From contig NZ_JAFMJZ010000001.1 in NCBI RefSeq assembly GCF_017853185.1, positions 7,868 to 71,867 of the forward strand: a DNA stretch of 64,000 nt. Reading direction: 5' to 3'. The position numbers and the translations under genes are program-made. How positions within the stretch are numbered: the first letter of the stretch is position 1; the number at the start of each line of letters is the position of its first letter. Shown one piece after another: positions 50,480 through 60,242 of the stretch. The notes under the pieces were generated by a model. It ran no database searches, was not told the origin of the DNA, and saw only the letters and a program-made list of their open reading frames with translations. This DNA comes from Mycolicibacterium sp. (GTDB taxonomy: Bacteria; Actinomycetota; Actinomycetes; Mycobacteriales; Mycobacteriaceae).

Positions 50480-50701
50480 TCACTCTTCCTGGACCAGACC
50501 AACTCCTGCAGCGCCAGCACAGCCCAGCCCGATAACGCCATCCCGACGATATTCATCATCAGCTGCAGTGCACTGTGCGTCCGCCTCCGCCTCGAAGCCG
50601 TCGCGCGACAGCCGGGTGTCGACGCGACCGATCTCGATGGTGCCCTCCTTCTGGACGCCGAGTTCCAGTTCGGCGGGAACCGGAACCCGCACATTGCGCA
50701 T
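50480..50701 (-). CDS. small ORF whose coding signal switches frame midway (possible frameshifted gene)
   Basis: The first ~42 codons (MRNVRVPVPAELELGVQKEGTIEIGRVDTRLSRDGFEAEADA) look coding. After about 50575 the GC3 in this frame drops. The +1 frame (50455..50559, MMNIVGMALSGWAVLALQELVW...) becomes GC3-rich. Confidence 0.35.
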   Translation of the reverse strand: MRNVRVPVPAELELGVQKEGTIEIGRVDTRLSRDGFEAEADAQCTAADDEYRRDGVIGLGCAGAAGVGLVQEE

Positions 50702-50748
50702 GGGTTCAGTGTCGCCGAAAAGGCTCGGGTTTTCGCCGATTCGGAGAG

Positions 50749-51720
50749 TCAGCGCGAGCGGTGCGGTCGCAGCGCATCCGGCGGGATCGAACCGAACCTG
50801 CCGGCTTGGAAGTCTTCGAATGCCTGGGCCACTTCGGACTTGGTGTTCATCACGAACGGCCCGTACTGGAACACCGGCTCGCGAATCGGCCTGCCGCCCA
50901 ACAGAAGAACGTCCATGGCGGGATGCCGGGAATCCTGAGTGCGATCGGCGGTGACGCTGATCCGGTCGCCCGGTCCCAACACCGCGAGCTGGCCCTGGTG
51001 GATCGGATGACGTACCGGTCCCACCGTTCCGCTGCCGGAGAGCACATAGACCAGCGCGTTGTAGTCGCGATGCCAGCCCAGATTCAGTTGTGCGCCGGGT
51101 TCGATGGTGGCGTGCGCGAAGGTGATCGGGGTGTGGGTCGAACCCGGGCCCGAATGACCGTCGATGTCGCCGGCGATGACGCGGATAAGCGCACCGCCGT
51201 CGGCCGAGGACAGCAGGGTGACCGCAGCCCCTTCGATGGCCTGATAGGCCGGGGCCGCGAACTTGTCGGTGCCGGGAAGGTTCACCCACAACTGGATGCC
51301 GTGAAACGTCCCGCCGCTCTCGACGAGTTCGGCCGGTGGGGTCTCGATGTGCAGGATTCCGGCGCCTGCCGTCATCCACTGGGTCGCCCCATCGGTGATC
51401 AACCCACCGCCGCCGTGCGAGTCCTGATGCGCGAACCGGCCGTCGATCATGTAGGTGACCGTCTCGAACCCACGGTGCGGGTGCCAGTCGGTGCCGCGCG
51501 GTTCACCGGGGGCGTACTCGACCTCGCCCATCTGATCCATGTGGACGAAGGGGTCGAGATCGGCGGAGCTCACTCCCGCGAAGGCCCGCACCACCGGAAA
51601 CCCCTCGCCCTCGAACCCTCGCGGGCCGGTGGTGATGGATCGAACCGGACGTTCGGTGTCGGTGGGCGCGGGGGCGCCCACTCGCGGCAGGGTAAGGGTG
51701 TCTGCGGTGACGGCGGGCAT
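50749..51720 (-). CDS. pirin-family protein
   Basis: DWHPHRGFETVTYM and ATQWMTAGAGILHIE cupin motifs. Confidence 0.9.
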   Translation of the reverse strand: MPAVTADTLTLPRVGAPAPTDTERPVRSITTGPRGFEGEGFPVVRAFAGVSSADLDPFVHMDQMGEVEYAPGEPRGTDWHPHRGFETVTYMIDGRFAHQDSHGGGGLITDGATQWMTAGAGILHIETPPAELVESGGTFHGIQLWVNLPGTDKFAAPAYQAIEGAAVTLLSSADGGALIRVIAGDIDGHSGPGSTHTPITFAHATIEPGAQLNLGWHRDYNALVYVLSGSGTVGPVRHPIHQGQLAVLGPGDRISVTADRTQDSRHPAMDVLLLGGRPIREPVFQYGPFVMNTKSEVAQAFEDFQAGRFGSIPPDALRPHRSR

Positions 51721-51744
51721 GAATCCAGCGTAGGCCGCAGTTTC

Positions 51745-53127
51745 CTAGCTAGCAGTCTCCTTCGCCGCTGCCTTCAAATCGGCATACGCCTGCCGCGTGT
51801 GTTCGGCCAGCGCCCGGGCGTCGTCGATTGCGGCCGCATTGGAGACGAAGCCGAAATCCATGTGATCGCGGTAGGAGCTCAGGGTGACGTTCAGGCCGAT
51901 CGCCGCCGCCAGCGCGGACACCGGGAAGATCCCGACCAACGGAGCGCCGCTGAGATACCGGGGCTCCCTGGCGCCCGGGACGTTCGAGATGACCAGGTTG
52001 CACGCGGGCCGGCCGATCCGATCCAGGTGGGTGGTGGCAGCGGCGCCGGCCAGGGCGATGAGCGCAACGGCATAGGTCATGGCGGTGTCGGGCGACATCG
52101 CGCCGAGTTCCTTCTTCGCGGCAGCCACCGAGTGCACCACCTGTTGCAGCCGCTCACTGATGTCGGCCCCCGGTGAACCGAGGCGTACGAACATCGCCGA
52201 CACCCTGGTACCGATGGCGCCGTCGTCTTCGCCGCGCAGCGAAACCGGGACCATCGCAATGAATTCGTGGTCGTAATCCCCGCCCCGCTCCCGGAGGTAG
52301 GCGTGCAAACCGTGGTCGATGACGGTCGCCGCGACGTCGTTGAGTGTGGCCCCGAACCGGTGCCCGATCTGATGCATCTCCTCCAACGGCAGCGATACGG
52401 TCGCAAAACTGCGGGCCTGTTTGAGCGGCACGTTGGTCGGCGAATGCCTGGCCACGAAGGGCAGGCTGCCCTCGAGATGGGAGCCGAGTGCGGCACCCAG
52501 GCCCTTGCGCAGTACCCCGAAGGAAATCTGGTTGATCGCGCCCACCTGCGTGATGACCCCGCGAAGGGTGTCGGTGAGCCGGCGCAGCACAGGTGGCGGT
52601 TTATGCGGCGTCGACGGCGGACCGGTTTGGGCGAAGGCCGGCGGCAAGACGGTGGGCTCGTCGGTCAGGCTCAGTCCGTCGTACAGCTTCTTCAGTCCGG
52701 AGACTCCGTCGATGATGCTGTGGTGGGTCTTGGTGTAGATCGCGAACCGCCCGCCCGGCACCCCGTCGATCACCCAGCACCGGAACAACGGCCGGTCCCG
52801 GTCGAGCATCGGCTCGTGCAAGTCGGCAACCAGTCGGAGCAGGTCGTCGTAGGAACTTCCGGGCGGCAGTGCGAGGTGCGCAACGTGATAGTGCGGATCC
52901 CAGTCATCGACTTCACGGAAATGCGGCGCCCCGGCACCGATCAACTCCGGTACGTAGTCGAAGGGGGGCGCCGGTCGTTGGGCGCGGTAGGCCGCCACGA
53001 TCTCGCGGACGATAGTTCGGCGGCCGGCCGGCTTCTTGAACAGCAGCATCGCCCCGACGTGGGTCGTGCCGGCGGGCGTCTCGAGGAGCAACCAGCTGAG
53101 GTCCAGTGGAGCAATCGCATTGCTCAT
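51745..53127 (-). CDS. WS/DGAT-family wax ester synthase / diacylglycerol acyltransferase
   Basis: HHSIIDGVSG (HHxxxDG) active-site motif. About 460 aa. Confidence 0.9.
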   Translation of the reverse strand: MSNAIAPLDLSWLLLETPAGTTHVGAMLLFKKPAGRRTIVREIVAAYRAQRPAPPFDYVPELIGAGAPHFREVDDWDPHYHVAHLALPPGSSYDDLLRLVADLHEPMLDRDRPLFRCWVIDGVPGGRFAIYTKTHHSIIDGVSGLKKLYDGLSLTDEPTVLPPAFAQTGPPSTPHKPPPVLRRLTDTLRGVITQVGAINQISFGVLRKGLGAALGSHLEGSLPFVARHSPTNVPLKQARSFATVSLPLEEMHQIGHRFGATLNDVAATVIDHGLHAYLRERGGDYDHEFIAMVPVSLRGEDDGAIGTRVSAMFVRLGSPGADISERLQQVVHSVAAAKKELGAMSPDTAMTYAVALIALAGAAATTHLDRIGRPACNLVISNVPGAREPRYLSGAPLVGIFPVSALAAAIGLNVTLSSYRDHMDFGFVSNAAAIDDARALAEHTRQAYADLKAAAKETAS

Positions 53128-53142
53128 GGAGTCAGCCTAGGT

Positions 53143-54114
53143 TCAGTGCACCGTCACGTGAACGTGGTTGAAGTGATTGGCCACCCGCCACATCGAGTAC
53201 GAGACGCCGAACTCCGCGGAGTGCGCCAGCACGTCGGCGTTGATCGCGTCGCCCAGGCCCATGTCTGAGCCGATCATGATGTCGATGGCGTGCCCGCTCG
53301 GGTGATCGGGCAGCGCATCGGAACGCACGCCGCCGATGGACTGCACACCCGGATAGGTGGCCATGATGTAGGCCGCCAGACTGCGCGCGTTGGGCACCAG
53401 TCCGCCCATCCCGACGGTGGGGATGTTGCCGATCGGGCCCAGCGCTGAGACGACCGATGCCGGCAGGGCGGCCTTCTCGTCGGAGGGCAGCAGCGCGTAG
53501 CGCACCCGGGCCGAGGAGATCTGCGACTGCAGTTCGGACTGCTTCTTCATCAGGTCCGCGCGCAGGGCGACCGCCGCGTCGACGGCCGCCTGGGTTTCGG
53601 CTTCGGACTTGGCCGAAGCCACCTCGAGTGCCCTGGCCTCATCCCTGATCCGGCGGAAGACCTCCATGTCGGCGGTCGCCCCGGTGGCCATCGTGCGCTG
53701 CACGTCCATGGTGTCGATCAGGTTCTGCGGCGAGGAGGAGGTCAGGATCGCGTTGACGCTGTCGGTGCGTCCGCCCATGTAGACCGCGGCGGCCAGTTTG
53801 TTGACGCCGTCCTGGTGCGGCGCCAACTGAACCTCGGCGGCCTCAAGCGCGGCCAGGTCGGCGGCGTGCTGCTTGTCGATCTCGGCGAGCAACTGCAGCT
53901 TCTGGTCGAGGTCCTGGCGGGCCGACTTGATGGACTCCGCCAGCCCCTGGGATTGCTGGGCCAACTCGCTGAACTTCGCCACCTCGTCCTGCGCCGGGTC
54001 GGCGTTGGCGGCACCGCCCCAGACCAGGCTGAGAACCGTGCAGCCGGCGACAGCGCCGGCCACCGTTTTGGGGTGGAATTTCAAGACTGGGCATCCTTTG
54101 ACTGCCGTCGGCAC
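53143..54114 (-). CDS. secreted RipA-like coiled-coil protein with C-terminal LAS-type (M15-like) zinc peptidase motifs
   Basis: Signal (alternative TTG 54084: KFHPKTVAGAVAGCTVLSLVWGGAANA). The coiled coil with AAVYMGG...LTSSSPQNLID resembles the RipA N-domain. DHPSGHAIDI and HFNHVHV fit Hx(n)D / HxH. Confidence 0.6.
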   Translation of the reverse strand: MPTAVKGCPVLKFHPKTVAGAVAGCTVLSLVWGGAANADPAQDEVAKFSELAQQSQGLAESIKSARQDLDQKLQLLAEIDKQHAADLAALEAAEVQLAPHQDGVNKLAAAVYMGGRTDSVNAILTSSSPQNLIDTMDVQRTMATGATADMEVFRRIRDEARALEVASAKSEAETQAAVDAAVALRADLMKKQSELQSQISSARVRYALLPSDEKAALPASVVSALGPIGNIPTVGMGGLVPNARSLAAYIMATYPGVQSIGGVRSDALPDHPSGHAIDIMIGSDMGLGDAINADVLAHSAEFGVSYSMWRVANHFNHVHVTVH

Positions 54115-54191
54115 CTGCTTCGCCGAACTGCCTGTCGCGTGCTTAGGTCACGAACAGGTTACGAAAGCCCCTCTGGCTTGTCCAACCCACG

Positions 54192-55100
54192 CTACCGAAC
54201 GACCAGCACAGGGCACTCGGCGTGGTGGATCAGGTTCTGGCTGACCGAGCCGAGGAGTGCGTCGGCCAGGCGCCCGCGGCCATGGGTGCCCACCACCACC
54301 AACTGGGCCTCGCGCGACAGGTCGGTGAGGCCCTTCGCCGGGCTGACGTCCTCGAAAACCCTGTTCACGTGGGCATTGGGGTACTTCCGGGCGAACGGCT
54401 TGACCAACTCGTCCATCTGCTGGCGCTGCTGGGTCTGCAGCATCTTCAGCAACGGCCAGTCCATGTTGCCCTGGCCGCCGAGGTCGCCCATGCCGACTGC
54501 CGCGTCGATCTCCCACATGTGTGCCACCGTCAGCGACGCATGCAGCGCGCGGGCGACGTCGAACGCCTCGGCGAGTGCCCGGGTCGATTCCTCGGACTCG
54601 TCGACGCCGACGACGACGGGCAACGGCTTGCCGGTCCGCTTGGCCGACGGAGCCCGCCAGACCAGGACGGGGCATTGCGTCCGATGGGTGATCCGCACGA
54701 CATGCCCGCCCAGCGCGCGGTGGTCGGCGCCGGTGCCGACCACCAGAAGCCGGGCGTCGGCGGAGGCGTCCGCCAGCACCGTGGCGACCGACCCCTTGAC
54801 GGCCGCCGTTGTGATCGCGAGGTCCGGGTGCGCCGACCGCACGGCCGTCTCCGCCGCGGCCAGCACACTGTCGCCGTGGGCGCCGCGGTCAGCGGACACG
54901 TCAGTGCCAGTTTCTGGGCCGGCCTGAGAACGGGCCTCGGAACCGGCGAAGTGCCAGTCCAATCGCGGGATCGCGTGCACGAGGGTCAATGGGAGCGCGT
55001 GGCCGGCGGCGAACTCCGCGGCCCACCGCGCAGCGCCGAGGGCGGCTTCGGTTCCGTCGATGCCGACGACGACGGCCGGCTGGTCAGCTGCGGTGGTCAT
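54192..55100 (-). CDS. tandem universal stress protein
   Basis: Two USP domains (VVVGIDGT..., VVVGVDESE...GSV...H..CPVLVV). Confidence 0.85.
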   Translation of the reverse strand: MTTAADQPAVVVGIDGTEAALGAARWAAEFAAGHALPLTLVHAIPRLDWHFAGSEARSQAGPETGTDVSADRGAHGDSVLAAAETAVRSAHPDLAITTAAVKGSVATVLADASADARLLVVGTGADHRALGGHVVRITHRTQCPVLVWRAPSAKRTGKPLPVVVGVDESEESTRALAEAFDVARALHASLTVAHMWEIDAAVGMGDLGGQGNMDWPLLKMLQTQQRQQMDELVKPFARKYPNAHVNRVFEDVSPAKGLTDLSREAQLVVVGTHGRGRLADALLGSVSQNLIHHAECPVLVVR

Positions 55101-55109
55101 GCCAGGAGA

Positions 55110-55865
55110 CTATTCAGTCCCGGCGGACAGGAATGCCGCGAGGTCAGGCCAGGCGGCGGGATCCTGCATCAGGAACAGATGTCCGCCGTTGTAGATGTGC
55201 AGTGTGGCGCCGGGAATCCGGTCGGCGATGGCCTGCCCGTTGACCACCGGGGCGATGTCGTCGTAGCGGCCGCTGCCGACGAACGTCGGACAGCTGATCC
55301 GGTTGAGTCGGCTCAGCACGTCATGGCCCTTGCGCGCCTGCAACTGCAGCCGGCGGCCGAGGTCGTCCGGCCCCGGAGCGAACCCGGCCGTCAAGGCCAT
55401 CTGTTCGGGATGGGCGGCAAGCCATTCCGGGGTCCACCGCCGGTCGACCAGTTGCAGCGACCGCGCCGCGCCCTCGTCGTCGGGCAACTCGCTGAGCCGC
55501 TCGAGCGGATAGGAGGAGAACGCCCCGCCGGGCGAGGTGGCCAGCAGCGCCAGCCGCTCCACCCGCTCGGGAAAGGTGACCGCGAACTCCTGGGCGACCA
55601 TGCCGCCGAAGCTCAACCCCAGCACCGCGCTGAGATCCCAGCCGACGTCGTCGAGCAACCCGGCGACGTCGGCGGCGACGTCGGCCATGGCGTAGGGCTC
55701 GCTCACCGGGCCGGTGGCGCCCATCCCGCGATAATCGAAAGCCAGCAACTCGAACCTGGAGGCCAGCATCCGCAGCAGGGGTCGAACCGAGTCCAGAGTT
55801 GATCCGGAGCCGTTGCAGTACAACAGCTTCGGACCCGAGCCTCGAAGCTCGTGATGCAGCTTCAC
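55110..55865 (-). CDS. alpha/beta hydrolase
   Basis: GLSFGG nucleophile elbow and C-terminal GGHLF His motif. Confidence 0.85.
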   Translation of the reverse strand: MKLHHELRGSGPKLLYCNGSGSTLDSVRPLLRMLASRFELLAFDYRGMGATGPVSEPYAMADVAADVAGLLDDVGWDLSAVLGLSFGGMVAQEFAVTFPERVERLALLATSPGGAFSSYPLERLSELPDDEGAARSLQLVDRRWTPEWLAAHPEQMALTAGFAPGPDDLGRRLQLQARKGHDVLSRLNRISCPTFVGSGRYDDIAPVVNGQAIADRIPGATLHIYNGGHLFLMQDPAAWPDLAAFLSAGTE

Positions 55866-55934
55866 GGAATTCTCTTTCGGAGCATCTGTAGAGGGCTAAT
55901 GTCGGCGTTCGACGACGAATGGAGTCCCCACGCC

Positions 55935-56645
55935 ATGGCCAGCAAGAGCACCCCGCACATCGACCCCAAGGGCGAAGAGATCGCGGAGACGATTCTGCTC
56001 CCCGGCGACCCGCTGCGGGCCAAGTTCATCGCCGAGACCTATTTCGACAACCCGCGCTGCTTCAACGAGGTTCGCGGGATGTACGGGTTCACCGGCACCT
56101 ACCGTGGCCACAAGATCTCGGTGATGGGGACCGGGATGGGCATCCCGTCCATCTCGTTGTACAGCTACGAGTTGATCCACTTCTTCGACGTGAAGAACCT
56201 GATCCGGGTCGGCAGCTGCGGGACGATCCAGGACGGGATCGACCTCTATGACGTGGTGATCGCCCAGGGCGCCTCGACCGACTCGAACTACCTGACCCAG
56301 TTCGGGGTGCCCGGAACCTATGCGCCGCTGTCCTCCTACCGGCTATTGGAGCAGGCCAAGCGCATCGCCGACGAACACGGGCAGCGCTGCCATGTCGGCA
56401 ACGTGCTGTCCTCGGACATCTTCTACAACGACGATCCGGATGCGCTCGGCAAGTGGGCGAAGATGGGCATCCTCGCCGTGGAGATGGAGTCCGCCGGACT
56501 GTTCGCCAACGCCGCGGCCGCCGGCGTGGACGCGTTGGGCATTTTCACCGTCAGCGACATCATCTTCGCCGGCAAGCACACCACCCCGGACGAACGGCAG
56601 ACGGCGTTCACCAAGATGGTCGAGATCGCGCTGGAGTTGGCGTGA
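55935..56645 (+). CDS. deoD: purine nucleoside phosphorylase, DeoD (hexameric) type
   Basis: LLPGDPLRAKFIAETY, RGMYGFTGTYRGHKISVMGTGMGIPS and AVEMESAGL match E. coli DeoD closely as I remember it. Confidence 0.9.
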   Translation: MASKSTPHIDPKGEEIAETILLPGDPLRAKFIAETYFDNPRCFNEVRGMYGFTGTYRGHKISVMGTGMGIPSISLYSYELIHFFDVKNLIRVGSCGTIQDGIDLYDVVIAQGASTDSNYLTQFGVPGTYAPLSSYRLLEQAKRIADEHGQRCHVGNVLSSDIFYNDDPDALGKWAKMGILAVEMESAGLFANAAAAGVDALGIFTVSDIIFAGKHTTPDERQTAFTKMVEIALELA

Positions 56646-58039
56646 CCGTCGACCAGAAGACCGGCCGCGAGCTGAATCCCAAGGCGGCCGTCCCGGTCCT
56701 GTTGGCGCTGTTCGTGTTCTCGCTGTTCATGGACAACGGCTTCAAGCTGCTGTCGCCGTCGATCGCCTCGTCGCTGGGCCTGTCGGAGAACACCGTCAGC
56801 CTGCAGGCCACCCTGCCCGGCATCCTGATCGGCGTCGGCGCGGTCGTGTACGCGGCGCTGTCGGACTCGATCAGTATCCGCAAGCTGATGATCTTCGCGG
56901 TCATCATCATGTCGATCGGTTCGATGATCGGCTTCGCACTGCAGGGATCGTTCGGCGGAGTGCTCACCGGGCGCATCATCCAGACCTGCGGCCTCGCCGC
57001 CGCCGAGACCCTCTACGTCATCTGGGCCACCAAGCACTTCCACGGCGACGAGCAGAAAAAGTACCTGGGCTACAGCACCGCGGCGTTCCAGTTGTCACTT
57101 CTGCTCGGGGCGGTCGGCGGTGGATTCATCGCCACCTACGTCGGCTGGACGGCGTTCTTCCTGGTGAATCTGGTTGCGCTGGTGACTATTCCGTTCATCC
57201 TGAAGTACGTTCCGGCCGAGGACACCGGGCACAGCGACCTCGACGTGTTCGGGCTGTTCCTGGTCGCCACCATCGCCGGCGGTCTGGTGATGTTCATGCA
57301 GGACTTCAACTGGTGGTTCCTGCTGCCTGCGGCCGCGGGGATCGCCGCCTTCGCCTGGCACATCTCGGTGCACCGGAATGCGTTGATCACCAAGGAGTTC
57401 TTCACCAACAAGCGCTACACGCTCATGCTCGTGGTCGTCTTCGTGGTCTATTCGGTGCAACTGGGTTACCAGTTCATCTTCCCGTTCATCATCAAGGGGC
57501 TGTACGGCTGGCAGCTCTCCGACGTGTCGCTGCTGTTGGTGCCCGGCTACACCGCGGCCGTGATCGTCGGGGCACTCAGCGGCCGGATCGCACAGCGGTT
57601 GAGTTCCAAGAAGGCCATCAACGTGGCCATGGTGATGATCGGCCTGGCCCTGGCCATTCCGGCGTTCCTGGTCGGCGGCTGGGTCGGCACCTTCGCCATT
57701 TCCATGGTGCTGTTCGGATCGGGCTTCGCGCTGATGTATGCACCGCTGCTGTCGACAGCGATCCGCGATGTGCCGAAGGCCAAGGGCGGTATCGCCATCG
57801 GCTTCTACAACCTGACCATCAACATGGCCGTCCCCATCGGCATCGCCTTCGCCGCCAAGCTGGTGAACCTCGAGTTGGGGCTGACCAGGTTCGCCGGTCA
57901 GTCCGCCAAGGCCGCCTCCTACGGTTCGGTGTTGCTGATCCTCGCGGTCATCGCGGTGCTCGCTCTGTTGCTGTATCGGGGTTCCATCCGGGTGCTGGAA
58001 CGCGAAGACATGCGCAACGCGGAGATGGCGACCGACTGA
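56642..58039 (+). CDS. MFS transporter
   Basis: GTGA overlap with deoD. About 12-14 hydrophobic segments. Confidence 0.8.
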   Translation: MTVDQKTGRELNPKAAVPVLLALFVFSLFMDNGFKLLSPSIASSLGLSENTVSLQATLPGILIGVGAVVYAALSDSISIRKLMIFAVIIMSIGSMIGFALQGSFGGVLTGRIIQTCGLAAAETLYVIWATKHFHGDEQKKYLGYSTAAFQLSLLLGAVGGGFIATYVGWTAFFLVNLVALVTIPFILKYVPAEDTGHSDLDVFGLFLVATIAGGLVMFMQDFNWWFLLPAAAGIAAFAWHISVHRNALITKEFFTNKRYTLMLVVVFVVYSVQLGYQFIFPFIIKGLYGWQLSDVSLLLVPGYTAAVIVGALSGRIAQRLSSKKAINVAMVMIGLALAIPAFLVGGWVGTFAISMVLFGSGFALMYAPLLSTAIRDVPKAKGGIAIGFYNLTINMAVPIGIAFAAKLVNLELGLTRFAGQSAKAASYGSVLLILAVIAVLALLLYRGSIRVLEREDMRNAEMATD

Positions 58040-59313
58040 TGGGCACAGCGGGGCACGTTCCGCAGCTTGGCGAGCCCACCCATCGGCTACGTCGCATGTC
58101 GGGTCGTGATCCGCACGAGACGAACCGGGTCGCGACTCCGCTTGAACTGCTCTTCGACCTGACGTTCGTCATCGCATTCGGCAGCGCCGCATCGGAACTC
58201 GCGCACGCCCTCGCCGAAGGCCACATCCGCGCGGGCCTTGCCAGCTTCGTCTTCGTCACGTTCGCGGTGTGCTGGGCATGGGTGAACTTCAGCTGGTTCG
58301 CGTCGGGTTACGACACCGACGACTGGGTGTACCGCCTGATGACCATGCTCCAGATGGTGGGGGTCATCATCCTGGCACTCGGCATCCCGCCGGTCTACGC
58401 CTCGATCGAGCGAGGCGCCCACGTTGACAACCGACTGATGGTTGCCGGGTACATCGTGATGCGAATCGCGATGGTGGCGCAGTGGATCCGCGCGGCCAGG
58501 CAGGACCCGGATCGCCGCCGGATGTGCCTGACCTACGCCGTCACGATCACGGTTGCGCAGCTGGGCTGGGTCGGCATCGCCATCGCCGAGACGTCGGTCC
58601 CGGTGACCTTCCTGCTGGCGGCGTTGATGACGCTGGTCGAGCTGGCCGGCCCATGGATCGTCGAGCGCCGCAACGGCAACAACTCACCATGGCATGCCCA
58701 CCACATCGCCGAGCGCTACGGGTTGCTGACCATCATCGCGCTCGGTGAGGGTGTCATCGGCACCGTCGCCTCGCTTTCGGCGATCGTCACCGCACAAGGC
58801 TGGAGCGTCGATGCCGTTCTGGTGGCAGTGGCCGGCACTGGGCTGACGTTCGGAATGTGGTGGATCTACTTCGTCGTGCCGTCAGCACATCTGTTGCCTG
58901 CCCAACGCGACAAGGCGGTGCCGTTCGGCTACGGGCACATCGCGGTGTTCACGTCGATCGTGGCAACCGGCGCCGGTTTACACGTCGCCGCCTATTACAT
59001 CGAGGGACATTCCAAGCTCGGTTCGGTCGCCACGGTGTTGTCGGTCGCGATCCCGGTCGGCATCTATGTCGCCTCGGTGTACCTGATCTACGTGTTGCTG
59101 GTCGGCGGGCGGGACACGTTCCACGCACTGATGGTTGCGCTGACCGCTGTGGTGCTGGCAACCGCCGTTGCCCTTGCCGCAGCGGGAATTTCGATGCCGG
59201 TGTGTCTTCTCGTCATCATGCTGGCGCCGGTGGTGACGGTTGTCGGTTTCGAGTTGTTCGGCCATCGGCACGCTATGGATGTGATCCGACGTCGCCTCGG
59301 CATTGATTCATAG
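58039..59313 (+). CDS. ltrA: low-temperature-requirement protein A (LtrA) family membrane protein
   Basis: TGATG overlap with the MFS gene. RVATPLELLFDLTFVIAF is typical of the LtrA N-terminus. Confidence 0.75.
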   Translation: MGTAGHVPQLGEPTHRLRRMSGRDPHETNRVATPLELLFDLTFVIAFGSAASELAHALAEGHIRAGLASFVFVTFAVCWAWVNFSWFASGYDTDDWVYRLMTMLQMVGVIILALGIPPVYASIERGAHVDNRLMVAGYIVMRIAMVAQWIRAARQDPDRRRMCLTYAVTITVAQLGWVGIAIAETSVPVTFLLAALMTLVELAGPWIVERRNGNNSPWHAHHIAERYGLLTIIALGEGVIGTVASLSAIVTAQGWSVDAVLVAVAGTGLTFGMWWIYFVVPSAHLLPAQRDKAVPFGYGHIAVFTSIVATGAGLHVAAYYIEGHSKLGSVATVLSVAIPVGIYVASVYLIYVLLVGGRDTFHALMVALTAVVLATAVALAAAGISMPVCLLVIMLAPVVTVVGFELFGHRHAMDVIRRRLGIDS

Positions 59314-59320
59314 CGACACT

Positions 59321-60211
59321 TCACAGCGCCAGCGTCGTGCCGGTCTCCTTCTCAGCGAAGCTCCACAGCCGCGCGGCGTCCTGATAGTCGCAAGCGGCCG
59401 CTGAACGTCCGCTGAGCGTCGGTTGGCCTTTGAGTCCGCGCTTGCTGTCGATCCCGACGTAGCTGCCCGGAGGTATCGGTTCGGCGATGCAGTACAGAGT
59501 CGGGGCGGCACCGGCGTCGATATCGTTGGCGAGGAGGTTCGCGGCAGCGTGAACGACCTTGTGGAACGTCGCCATCACCGGCCCGTCCGAGACGTTGGAC
59601 AGGTTCGACGCCACCCATCCGGGGTGGGTCAGATACGTGCTCACCGCGGAGCCGGCAGCCCGCAGCCGACGGTCAAGTTCGAGGCCCCACAGCATGACGG
59701 CCAGCTTGGATCGTCCGTAGGCGGGAAGTGCCGACCACTTACCGGTGCGCAGATGCGGATCGTCGAACGCGAAGGTGGCCATCTTGTGCGCATCGGATCC
59801 GACGTTGATGATCTGCGAACGCACCCGGGGGAACATCAGATTGGTCAACGCGAACGGCCCGAGGAAGTTGGTGCCCAACGTCGTCTCGAACCCGTCGACG
59901 GTCTCGGTCCGGTGTTGGGTGACCGCGCCGGCGTTGTTGATCAGGATGTCGACGTCACCGTCGATCAGGGTGGGGAAGGCGCGCACCGAGGCTTGGTCGG
60001 CGAGATCGAGTTCGACCACCCTGGTGTCGCCACCCATCTCGGCGGCACGCTGAGCGCCGAGTTCGAGATTGCGGACCGCGAGGATCACCTGGGCGCCCGA
60101 CCGGGCCAGCGAGCGGGCGGTGGCCAACCCGACGCCGTTGGTCGCGCCCGTCACGATGACCCGGACGCCGTCCAACTTGCCGAGCCGATTCACCGACCAT
60201 CGCGTCGTCAC
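59321..60211 (-). CDS. SDR-family oxidoreductase
   Basis: TGATNGVG, NNAG and YGRSK motifs. Confidence 0.85.
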   Translation of the reverse strand: MTTRWSVNRLGKLDGVRVIVTGATNGVGLATARSLARSGAQVILAVRNLELGAQRAAEMGGDTRVVELDLADQASVRAFPTLIDGDVDILINNAGAVTQHRTETVDGFETTLGTNFLGPFALTNLMFPRVRSQIINVGSDAHKMATFAFDDPHLRTGKWSALPAYGRSKLAVMLWGLELDRRLRAAGSAVSTYLTHPGWVASNLSNVSDGPVMATFHKVVHAAANLLANDIDAGAAPTLYCIAEPIPPGSYVGIDSKRGLKGQPTLSGRSAAACDYQDAARLWSFAEKETGTTLAL

Positions 60212-60242
60212 CGTGCGAGCCTAGCTATCCGGCGACCGACCG

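Noticed and set aside
55866-58039. Calling the deoD-MFS region a horizontally acquired island on the basis of lower GC.
   Set aside because: The region looks only slightly less GC-rich by eye and codon third positions remain GC-rich. Without computed GC or k-mer statistics the claim is not supportable.
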